Positions 17,919-26,388 of a stretch of DNA of 64,000 nucleotides are shown piece after piece. This DNA is from a virus: positions 3,696-67,695 of IMG/VR virus record IMGVR_UViG_3300024999_000093. One strand, written 5' to 3'. Below the pieces are notes generated by a model, which had not been told where the DNA came from, made no database searches, and was given only the letters and a program-made list of their open reading frames with translations. Numbering within the stretch: position 1 is the first letter of the stretch; every line of letters begins with the position of its first letter. Position numbers and translations under genes: made by a program.

Positions 17919-18058
17919 TTGTGTAGGTAAGGATTTGCACCTTAACACGGTAGTTGTCGCCTTCTACCACGCTTTACAGTTGGTCAATGGATACGCCTAT
18001 TGTACTTCTAGGTAGTCCATCTTCCGCACGCGCGCCATTCCTTTTCTGCCACTACACA
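17919..18058 (-). ncRNA. tRNA-like RNA with expanded central domain
   Basis: 7-bp acceptor TGTGTAG/CTACACA, D-like TGGCAGAAAAGG, T arm AAGG-TGCAAAT-CCTT; ~90 nt branched insert; own sigmaA promoter TTGCTA-N17-TATAAT. Confidence 0.6.
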
Positions 18059-18155
18059 TTTTTTATTATATCCAACCATTGCATATTTAGCAACAGTTCA
18101 GACCTGTAAGGATTACTTACAAGTTCAGACCATATTGCGCAGTACAACAAAATGG

Positions 18156-18335
18156 TTAAATGGTCGCATCCCGATTAATTAATATCCCGATCACAGTCGC
18201 CACAGCAGAAACACCATTGGCAATAGCATTAATACTCTCATCGGTCAATACCACGATGCCGAACGCATCAGTTACGAGCTTAACTGCACCCAAAACAGCT
18301 ATCACTAATGCGGGCTTACGGAGTTTTTCAATCAT
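18156..18335 (-). CDS. holin
   Basis: Manual translation MIEKLRKPALVIAVLGAVKLVTDAFGIVVLTDESINAIANGVSAVATVIGILINRDATI; 2 TM, directly after endolysin. Confidence 0.7.
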   Translation of the reverse strand: MIEKLRKPALVIAVLGAVKLVTDAFGIVVLTDESINAIANGVSAVATVIGILINRDATI

Positions 18336-18341
18336 TGTTAA

Positions 18342-19001
18342 TCATCCTTTCAGTAGTTCAATAGCCTGATTGAGTAGGGCAATAGTCCGCGCCTTATTAT
18401 CCATCACCACAGACGCTACAACCACCTTCTGAGCTTGTTCACGATAAGTAAGGCCAAAGTATTCACAGACTCCTTTTGCGTGGGCTACAGCAAGCGATTT
18501 AATGAATGCAGGATCCTTTAGCTTGGCAGAATCAGAAGCAGAGTCGATGAAACCATTTTCGGTTAAGATAGCCGGCATTGACGTTTGTTTAAGAACATAA
18601 ATGTTTTGCACCTTAACCCCTCGATTAGCCCAACCTGATATCCTGTTGATTTGAGCATAGACTTTATTGGCCGCCTGTTCTGCCCTGCCGCCTGTTCCTG
18701 CGATAAGAACTTCTTCCCCAGTGCCACCGCCGGCGTTAACATGAACTGAAACGAATAGGTCTGCTTTAGCGTTTTCGGCAATGTTTACCCTAGTTTGCAA
18801 GGATTCGTTTAGGGTAGAATGAGGGCCGTTAACAAAGTCACCTTCGCGAGTTGTAATCACGGTGAATCCATTGTATTGCAGGAGCGCATAGAGTTCTCGA
18901 CAAATGGCAAGAGTTATGTCCTGTTCTCGAAGTCCATTGCCTGTCGCTCCGGTATCCACCCCGCTACCTTGATGGCCGGGGTCTAAAACTATTGTTGGCA
19001 T
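18342..19001 (-). CDS. endolysin, N-acetylmuramoyl-L-alanine amidase (Amidase_3)
   Basis: LDPGHQG, E...L, SVHVNA, PAILTENGFID. Confidence 0.92.
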   Translation of the reverse strand: MPTIVLDPGHQGSGVDTGATGNGLREQDITLAICRELYALLQYNGFTVITTREGDFVNGPHSTLNESLQTRVNIAENAKADLFVSVHVNAGGGTGEEVLIAGTGGRAEQAANKVYAQINRISGWANRGVKVQNIYVLKQTSMPAILTENGFIDSASDSAKLKDPAFIKSLAVAHAKGVCEYFGLTYREQAQKVVVASVVMDNKARTIALLNQAIELLKG

Positions 19002-19016
19002 GATCGGTCATCCTTT

Positions 19017-19244
19017 CTATCTCGATTCGAGTTTTCGCTCGATTCTTTCCACGGAAGTCTGGACTTCTTTAACAACTTCCAAGCTAACTGATAATTTTTC
19101 AATCGTTATGATGTACCTCGTTTCCCTTTCGTCATTAGTCCTGAGTATCCATTTCACTAACCAAATAAGCCCGCCGATGGATAAAACAAACAGCGATAAG
19201 AAAATTAGGTTATTCTCAATACCGTATTTAATTAAAGCATCCAC
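19017..19244 (-). CDS. BhlA/UviB-like holin
   Basis: TM helix then WILRTNDERETRYIITIEKL coiled coil. Confidence 0.7.
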   Translation of the reverse strand: MDALIKYGIENNLIFLSLFVLSIGGLIWLVKWILRTNDERETRYIITIEKLSVSLEVVKEVQTSVERIERKLESR

Positions 19245-19246
19245 AC

Positions 19247-19537
19247 TTAAAACTCCTTTGCTGTGATTTTATCCTTAATTACCTCGATTGTCCCCGGGCC
19301 TACACCTTTAACCCTGTCTAATTCGTAGATATCCTTATACGGCCTTCCGTCAATGATTCGTTCTGCCAATACAGGCCCGATGTCAGGAAGGGAAATCAAG
19401 GCTTCTTTGCTTGCGGAATTGATATCAATGTACGGAGTCGATGCTCTGATATAAAGAATCAGAAGCGCAGTAAAAAGAAAAGCGATAGATAATACTCCAA
19501 CTATCAAGGGTTTGTTGTTCTTCTTCATTTTTCGCAC
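19247..19537 (-). CDS. ComEA-like membrane-anchored helix-hairpin-helix protein
   Basis: TM + IDINSASKEALISLPDIGPVLAERII...LDRVKGVGPGT. Confidence 0.8.
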   Translation of the reverse strand: MRKMKKNNKPLIVGVLSIAFLFTALLILYIRASTPYIDINSASKEALISLPDIGPVLAERIIDGRPYKDIYELDRVKGVGPGTIEVIKDKITAKEF

Positions 19538-19552
19538 CTCCTAAGAGTCATA

Positions 19553-19695
19553 GGAAAAGGAGCCGTATCTCTACGACTCCTTTGTGAGTGCAAATGCACC
19601 CCGTTGTCCCCGGGTTGTCCAAGATATACTAGGGGAGGCCGGGACAAACGGCCTTGTCGCAAAGTAGCTTACGCTTTGCCTATCCACCTAGTCTT
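19553..19695 (-). ncRNA. structured leader RNA, copy 3 (three-way junction + loop/target pairing) followed by terminator-like hairpin
   Basis: ACTAGG/CCTAGT closing stem, GCAAAG/CTTTGC, GGCCG-TTTGTCC-CGGCC; two downstream GGACAA targets; extended -10 TGGTACAAT. Confidence 0.6.
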
Positions 19696-19827
19696 AATAT
19701 TGTACCACGAATGCCAATTTACATAAAGACAATTGTTGTAAAGTAATTTTGTTACTTGTTCCATTTTACGTTAAATTTCGCAGAAAATAAGTGATATGAT
19801 TATGGGAAAAATAATGGGAGGAAGGAA

Positions 19828-20205
19828 ATGAAAAAATTAATCAAGTCGTTAGTTCTATCTATGACGCTAACCCTAATGTTCGCATTACCTGTATTGGCTG
19901 AAGAAACAACTGATGCCGCCACTATGGCTCAGGAAATTGCTGATGTACGTTCCCTTGAAATGTTTGGTATGATCACTCTTGATGCCAGGATATTTAACCT
20001 GATTACTGAGATTCAAATACACAAGTTGAAGGTTGAACCGGATTATATTTTTGCCAAAATAGCTCAAAGCTTGATGTTTCCGATTGGTGACGGGCTTACC
20101 CTAGAGGGTAGGGAATTTAATCGTATAGCCCTTATGGCCTCATATGGATTTTTGACTGATGATGAGGCGATAGTTCAGTTGCAGACATTAAGATTGGTTC
20201 GATAG
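19828..20205 (+). CDS. secreted protein (moron-like)
   Basis: classical signal peptide ending VLA-EE; own terminator at ~20210-20238. Confidence 0.6.
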   Translation: MKKLIKSLVLSMTLTLMFALPVLAEETTDAATMAQEIADVRSLEMFGMITLDARIFNLITEIQIHKLKVEPDYIFAKIAQSLMFPIGDGLTLEGREFNRIALMASYGFLTDDEAIVQLQTLRLVR

Positions 20206-20403
20206 AGGGAAGGGGCAAGGGTTTATCCTGCCCCTTTATTATTGTATTAAGATATATAAGTGATAAACTTGGAGGGAGATAATTGTTTAAATTAATCCTA
20301 GCTAGTTCCGTTCTGTTGAGTTGGGTAATAGACTTAGTATTATGGCAGGGTATTGTTGTGGTATTATTTTGTAGTTGTGTTTATTTAACAGGGAGGATGA
20401 TGA

Positions 20404-20610
20404 GTGATGAAGAATATCTCATTAAAGACAGCAAGTATTTGGAATTCAAGAGAAGAATTTTTTGATAGATTAAGAGCACCACTAAAAGGAGCAGCGTTTA
20501 TTTTATTCCTAGTACTCCTCTTGGCTACAATTTTTGGAGACGGATTCAATGGCAGGTGGCTAGAGTGCTTGGTTGGTGCGGTTGCGTTGGCGATAATCAT
20601 TAAGAAATAG
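20404..20610 (+). CDS. small membrane protein
   Basis: 2 TM segments; overlaps another small TM ORF (20283-20465). Confidence 0.4.
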   Translation: MMKNISLKTASIWNSREEFFDRLRAPLKGAAFILFLVLLLATIFGDGFNGRWLECLVGAVALAIIIKK

Positions 20611-20634
20611 AGTAGGAGGGGATAAGAACCTCTC

Positions 20635-23600
20635 CTACTTTTTTAATTTCAGAGTAGTTCCGGATTGAATGTACTTAATTCCTCTACCATCAAGAATGTA
20701 CTTCTTGCCCTCAAACCTTGCCTTCTCAATAGCTTTAGCCATCTTATCGATCTGATTATCCATACTCATACCCGGGGAGATCACGCCAAAATCCTTCCTT
20801 GTTCTCTCTCCAACGATTCTTTGCATTTCTGCATATTCCTTAGAAGTAAGGTCAATCCTTTGGTCTGTAATCGTAAAATACTTAGGAATCACAGTTGGTA
20901 TTTGCTTAGTCTCCCCGGTCTGATTATAAGCATTTAATGCAAGCTCAGCTTCTTTAGATGGTGAATACTTGGACACAAAACTTGGATTAGCAAGAACATT
21001 CAACGGGCTATTACTTCCGCCTTGATAGGTTTCCGCTTTATTGCCTAATGCGTCATAGGCTGGTTGGAGCCTAGTTTCAAGCAATGGTATTTTACTAGCA
21101 GATAGATTAGCTGTTTTCTCTGTCCAGTTCGGGCTATAGGTATTTCGTTTTTGGTTATCAAGTAATTGTTTTGCTTGATTTAAGAAAGTAGGAACAAATG
21201 AAGCCGGAACGCCTTGCAGAATTTTTGTAATGCCATCGCTAAAATCTCTTTGCCCAACTAAAGTTTGTAGTCCTTGCATTACCGGTTGCTCAGCAAATGC
21301 GTTTACGCCAGTCGCAAGCCCGTTCAAGAGAGTTCCCACTATGCCTTGTGCCTTTGCCCCATTCTTGTCTATGTCGGCCCCCATAGCGATAGGCAGAGCT
21401 TGGGGCTGGAACCAATCATAGGTAGCCAAGGTATCCCCCTTCTGCAATTTAGCAGCATCAGCATCTAGTCCACCCAGTACAAATCTTTTTAATGCACTAA
21501 TATTAATTTTGTACTGACCTAAGCCTATGGAATCATTCAATGCAGCAACATCAGGATCCTGATCCCTGGCCCCGGATATAATTCCGGTTCGATGCAGTAA
21601 TGCTCCAGTTCCTACGAGTCCTGTACTTCCAACGGTAGCCCTAGAGAATGCCTGAGCAAATGCTCTTTGGTCGAATTCCTTGCCCATTAGTGGTTTAGCT
21701 GCCTCCATGACTGTCTTAATAAATCCAGCGGGAGAGTAGTCTATTCCGCGGGAAAGTAGGCTTGCCGGCGTGCGTGGGTATTTAATAATGAAATCTCCAG
21801 CACCAAATTCCTTATCTCCATTAAGTTTCTGCTTGAATGTAGAGAATAGTTCGCTTAAATAGTTTTTATCTTGGAACGTCCGGTATTTTCCATCATAATT
21901 AGCAATCTCCTTCATAGCTTCCGTTGGTTCAGTTACCCTAGCGGCCTTCATTTGACTCCTCAACGAATCATCATAGGCAGCTTGGTAGAATGCTCTGTCA
22001 GGTGTCCTCAATTCAATATTCATAGCAGTTTCAGCTTTACCGAGGATACCTTTTCTGAATGTTCTTGTTGGATTAAGATCAAACTGCGATCCCAGTCCAG
22101 AAGTATCTATTCCTTTCATTGCATCCTCTAGCCCAAGTTTCCAACCCGCCTTCGCTCCTGATGCTTGAGTTTTCAAACTTGGAAGAGACATAGTTCTTTG
22201 TTTAGTGAATAAACTAGCAGCCTTATCAATTCCAGCACCCAAAACTTGACTGGCATTTTCTAATCCTGAGAACCCACCATTGCCAATTATATTCCTTAGA
22301 GCTGTTTTGGGGTTGAGTAATTGCGCCATAGTTTGAAGGGTCGCTACTTTCTGCCAAAACGAAGGAGGAACTTGCGATGCTACTGTATCTAGCATCCTAG
22401 CGATAGCAACTTGTCTTTCTCTCGAACCTTCAACCATACCCTGAATAGCGTTTGATTGCTCCACAAGGGTTTGAGCGGTTTCTTCGTTAAGTTTAGTCTC
22501 AGTTATCTTCCCCGCTTCATTTGCCTTCTTGACAACATCATCAGCATATTTAAGTATCCCTTCAGGCGATAACCTTCCCCACATTGAAAGCGCTTGGATA
22601 GCTTGCCCTTGACTCCTTGCTTTCTGAGAAGTTTTCTCAATAATGTTAATTGCTTCTCCGAACTTTCCGGCATCGTTCGCCTCTTTGATTAGTAATTGAG
22701 CCACGGCATTGCTTTCTGCGGTGGCCGGAGTTTCAGACATAACGAGATGCAAGGCCGCATCCTTATCCTTCTGGATATACTGCCTAGCTACTTCTAGGGT
22801 GTCTTTGTTGGTTATGTTTCCGTAGTTTAGTTCAGCATTCTTTAATTGTTCTACTAATGCCGGATCTGCTATCTCACCTTTTGCTACGGTATCAGGGAAT
22901 GATAAACGCTTGATTCCAACAGGTTCAACCCTCGGCATAGAAACCTTATCTAGCCCCTTGAGCACCAAGGTAGATGAAGGTCTTTCAATTACGGTCGCAG
23001 CGCTTCTGCTGGCTAAAGGCCTAATGGGTTCACTAATCGAAGCAGAATACCCAAGGTTGGGCATTTCGGAACTAACAGGACGAACTTCACCCAACCCCTG
23101 AAAAGGAATCCTATCCTTAATCAAACTCTCGTTAGTCCGTATTGATTTACTTGGTGCCTCAAGCATTCTGGCAGCAGGAGAAACTTGTTCAGGGAGGCTA
23201 CCAGATAAGGTCAATCTCTTTGGAGGCTGGATTGGTGGTTGCTCAGGTTGCGGAGTTAATTCGCGCGGCTTCAACTTAGGAATAGATTCAATCGTCCTTT
23301 TTCCAGGTAACTCACCTTTTAATGAGTCCAACGTGTTACTTAGAGCTTGATACTCAGGATCGCTGTAAGCCACACGGTACGCCTCGGTAACATAATCCTT
23401 TGGTTTATACGAAGAGTCGCTTATAGAGGTTAACAGCTCATCTGAGGACATTCCTAGTTCGTCAGCCACCTCATCCAATGGTCTGCCTGTTTTATCATTC
23501 CTGATCCAATTAGGGATAACTTTTTGCTCTTCAAATATGTCGGGATTTCCCTGCTTAATACCCCCTCTTGCCTTGACTTGATTGCGGATAGACTCAACCC

Positions 23601-24699
23601 TAGTTTGTCCATCAGCTTGCTTAAGAGACTTTGCTATATCCTGAACTTGCTTTTCCATCTTTGCTGATATTTCGTTTATGTCAGATTGAAGAGTATTCTT
23701 AAATGATTTAATAGGCTTACCGAACGCCTCTAGCCCACCATAACCCTCTGTAGACTTTCCGATACCCATACTGTCATCAATCCCCTGCTGTAATGTCTTG
23801 CGGGTAGCAGGAGTATCCACAGAGCCTATCGGAAGGTCTTTGAATGTGTCGTTTAGTTCAGCTTGTCTATTTTTGTAAGCCAATTCCTTTGGAGATAATT
23901 GAAGTGGTTCAGCCTTAGTTTCGAGCAAAGGTTTCCTGAAAGCATTTTGCACAGCTTCATCCAAAGGTTGAGCCAATTGTCCAAGTCTGCGGTCTGCAAG
24001 GATGTTTCTTGCTCCGTTAATTCCTTTTCCGGCCAATTGACCACCACCATGAAGCAACGATCCGCCAAGTGCCATTATAGGTGCTTCTTTCAGTCTGCCG
24101 GCGAATCCATCTACACCATCTCTATCTAGTGAAGTTTCTAACGCATTGATAGGTAGCGCGGCTGTTGCCCCGGCCCTTACACCCGTACCTAATGCAGGAG
24201 TAATTGCTTTAGGCAACAAGCTTACTGCCTTTGCAACCGGTTCAGTCTTGGACAATGCCGCCAAAGGCTTCGCTAGTAGAGCATCGCCCGAAACCCATAG
24301 CGGCAAATCGCTAACCATGTTCGACCCAAAGGATACAGCCTTTTCCCCTAATGTGTTCTGTTCGGGAAGGGTCGATAAGTCAACCTCCTTGCCTGTTATC
24401 TTCTCAGCCAATGGAGTTAACGCCCTCCCAGGTAGTGAACTTAGTGTTCCCTTTATGAAAGCTGCCTTGTAATTTGGATCTTGTTCAGCCGGTTCATTGG
24501 TAGAGGAATGAGACGAACGCAAATTATCCATGCTGATTAGAGGTTCGCGTTGAGTGGTTGGCGTTGTGGTATCCGGAAGCTCGTCCAAGAAATCAAAAAT
24601 GTTTCCACCGGACGAACTATTTCCAGCAGTAGGGGTGATAACGCTTATTGATTTATTCCTTTCGTCTTCATCATCTAAGTAATCGAATATATTCGCCAT
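20635..24699 (-). CDS. large internal virion/ejection-type protein
   Basis: 1354 aa, last gene of the podovirus-like structural operon; no tape-measure signature. Confidence 0.6.
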   Translation of the reverse strand: MANIFDYLDDEDERNKSISVITPTAGNSSSGGNIFDFLDELPDTTTPTTQREPLISMDNLRSSHSSTNEPAEQDPNYKAAFIKGTLSSLPGRALTPLAEKITGKEVDLSTLPEQNTLGEKAVSFGSNMVSDLPLWVSGDALLAKPLAALSKTEPVAKAVSLLPKAITPALGTGVRAGATAALPINALETSLDRDGVDGFAGRLKEAPIMALGGSLLHGGGQLAGKGINGARNILADRRLGQLAQPLDEAVQNAFRKPLLETKAEPLQLSPKELAYKNRQAELNDTFKDLPIGSVDTPATRKTLQQGIDDSMGIGKSTEGYGGLEAFGKPIKSFKNTLQSDINEISAKMEKQVQDIAKSLKQADGQTRVESIRNQVKARGGIKQGNPDIFEEQKVIPNWIRNDKTGRPLDEVADELGMSSDELLTSISDSSYKPKDYVTEAYRVAYSDPEYQALSNTLDSLKGELPGKRTIESIPKLKPRELTPQPEQPPIQPPKRLTLSGSLPEQVSPAARMLEAPSKSIRTNESLIKDRIPFQGLGEVRPVSSEMPNLGYSASISEPIRPLASRSAATVIERPSSTLVLKGLDKVSMPRVEPVGIKRLSFPDTVAKGEIADPALVEQLKNAELNYGNITNKDTLEVARQYIQKDKDAALHLVMSETPATAESNAVAQLLIKEANDAGKFGEAINIIEKTSQKARSQGQAIQALSMWGRLSPEGILKYADDVVKKANEAGKITETKLNEETAQTLVEQSNAIQGMVEGSRERQVAIARMLDTVASQVPPSFWQKVATLQTMAQLLNPKTALRNIIGNGGFSGLENASQVLGAGIDKAASLFTKQRTMSLPSLKTQASGAKAGWKLGLEDAMKGIDTSGLGSQFDLNPTRTFRKGILGKAETAMNIELRTPDRAFYQAAYDDSLRSQMKAARVTEPTEAMKEIANYDGKYRTFQDKNYLSELFSTFKQKLNGDKEFGAGDFIIKYPRTPASLLSRGIDYSPAGFIKTVMEAAKPLMGKEFDQRAFAQAFSRATVGSTGLVGTGALLHRTGIISGARDQDPDVAALNDSIGLGQYKINISALKRFVLGGLDADAAKLQKGDTLATYDWFQPQALPIAMGADIDKNGAKAQGIVGTLLNGLATGVNAFAEQPVMQGLQTLVGQRDFSDGITKILQGVPASFVPTFLNQAKQLLDNQKRNTYSPNWTEKTANLSASKIPLLETRLQPAYDALGNKAETYQGGSNSPLNVLANPSFVSKYSPSKEAELALNAYNQTGETKQIPTVIPKYFTITDQRIDLTSKEYAEMQRIVGERTRKDFGVISPGMSMDNQIDKMAKAIEKARFEGKKYILDGRGIKYIQSGTTLKLKK

Positions 24700-24710
24700 G
24701 CCATCACCCC

Positions 24711-25796
24711 TTACTTATACCGAGATTCATCTTCACCGTTCCATGTGTACGCTGAGCTTGCCAACTTCGCTAGATTATCCATATCTACACCAGCACTCAT
24801 AAAGGCGTTGGAATTGGAGTACATCCAATTAAGCACCTGATCCCTTGTCCATCCGAGATTAGCTTTTTCTTGCAGCTTAGACATGGCTTGTGCTGTTACT
24901 TGCTGTGAATTTTGCTTGTCTTGGTAATTTAATTCGCTAACGCTAGGCCTACTTCCACCACTCGATCTAGCTTGACTTGCCGCCAGCGCATTATTTCTAT
25001 ACTGGTTCTCTGCATCGAACTGAGCCTGTTTCATAGCGTTGGCTATGCTGTCTTGCTCCTTGGAATAGTCAAACTTATCCTGATTGTACCTATTGGCAAT
25101 ATCATCCTGTCCGACATTATGGTCATAGGCTCTCTGTTGCAAGGTTGATTTTCCGTCAAGGTTTCCAGTGTAGCCAGCATAATCAAACTTATTGTTCATT
25201 ATGTTTTGAGCTTGCTGTGCTTCAAGTGTTTGGCGAGCCAACGTGGGCATACCCATTTCGGCATCTTCCCTGGGTGCGTAGTTAGCGGAGATAGCGGACT
25301 TAATGCGAGTGGCTAAGTTGTTGTTATAATCCGTGTAGGCGTTAGCGGTATCCCCTGTCGAGTTTCCGTAGATACGCCGTGCGCCACCTAGCTCATCATC
25401 CTTAACCCCTGTCCCAGGCCCACCGAGGAATATATCGTTGGAATTTAATTTGGTTTTACCAGGCGTAAATAAAGAAACATTCTTCCCTGCATTGGCATCC
25501 ACGTCAGCCTGAAGTCCATATGTTCTCGGGCTAGAGTTACTTACTTGATTATCCGCGGTCTTAACAGGCACGCCGTTCTTCATGTTCTCCATGTACTTGT
25601 CGAAGCCGTTGGCCGTAGCCTCCGCAGTATCAGCGTGAATCCTTGTGGCTCCATTCAATTGATTATCATCAATACCAGTACCAGGCCCACCAAGGAATAT
25701 ATCTTGCGAGGTGAGCCTTGTTTGTCCAGGGATATAAAGCTGAACACCTTTGCCCTGATTAGCTAAAACGTCATCTTGTAACCCGTATACCGCCAC
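24711..25796 (-). CDS. putative ejection protein with tandem ~65-aa repeat
   Basis: two YGLQ...DIFLGGPGTG...GA.RI repeats; Q/N/A-rich. Confidence 0.55.
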   Translation of the reverse strand: MAVYGLQDDVLANQGKGVQLYIPGQTRLTSQDIFLGGPGTGIDDNQLNGATRIHADTAEATANGFDKYMENMKNGVPVKTADNQVSNSSPRTYGLQADVDANAGKNVSLFTPGKTKLNSNDIFLGGPGTGVKDDELGGARRIYGNSTGDTANAYTDYNNNLATRIKSAISANYAPREDAEMGMPTLARQTLEAQQAQNIMNNKFDYAGYTGNLDGKSTLQQRAYDHNVGQDDIANRYNQDKFDYSKEQDSIANAMKQAQFDAENQYRNNALAASQARSSGGSRPSVSELNYQDKQNSQQVTAQAMSKLQEKANLGWTRDQVLNWMYSNSNAFMSAGVDMDNLAKLASSAYTWNGEDESRYK

Positions 25797-25843
25797 GCTA
25801 TATCATCCTTTCTGGCAATAAAGTAGAGAGCCGTTTAGACCCT

Positions 25844-26374
25844 CTACTGTAAAACACCATTAACATAATAACCTCCACCAGAGGGACTTCGATAGATTCC
25901 AGTATTCGGAACGGATGTTTGCTTTCCGCCATAATAGCCCGTTAGATTTCCTGCATCTATACCATTGCCAAACCTATTCTGCCTTTTCTGCTCCTCAAAT
26001 TCAGCCGCCCATTGCTTCAACTTCTCCTGAAACTCATACTGCTCATTGCCCTGCACCCTTGACGCCAAGGTAGGAACACCATAGTAATCGTACGCCCCCC
26101 TTGGGTTATCGGTTGTTTTATTAGCAGCAGTAATATGAGTAACCTTGTTACCTTGAGCATTGTACGGATTACCTGGTCTAGTAATAGGTTGCACACTACT
26201 AGATGCAGTCCTAATAGCATTAGCCTGTTGAGTTACCGACGGGTCTGATGCCGGAACCGAGGCATTAACATTCGTGCCAATCGGATACCCTGCTTGGGGA
26301 GGTTGTTGAGTCCCTGCCTGTACAGGTGTTCCATCCGTATAGTATCCCGGTCTTTTGGGATCAATAGTAGGCAT
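25844..26374 (-). CDS. putative virion/ejection protein
   Basis: position in operon; shares motifs with neighbours. Confidence 0.5.
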   Translation of the reverse strand: MPTIDPKRPGYYTDGTPVQAGTQQPPQAGYPIGTNVNASVPASDPSVTQQANAIRTASSSVQPITRPGNPYNAQGNKVTHITAANKTTDNPRGAYDYYGVPTLASRVQGNEQYEFQEKLKQWAAEFEEQKRQNRFGNGIDAGNLTGYYGGKQTSVPNTGIYRSPSGGGYYVNGVLQ

Positions 26375-26388
26375 AGTTCACTCCTCCT

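Noticed and set aside
17919-18058. Canonical tRNA gene
   Set aside because: No 7-nt anticodon loop on a standard arm, central region ~90 nt, no CCA; kept only as tRNA-like ncRNA
7972-18156. Integrase/attP in the lysogeny region
   Set aside because: No tyrosine or serine recombinase motifs in any ORF here; one could still lie outside the window
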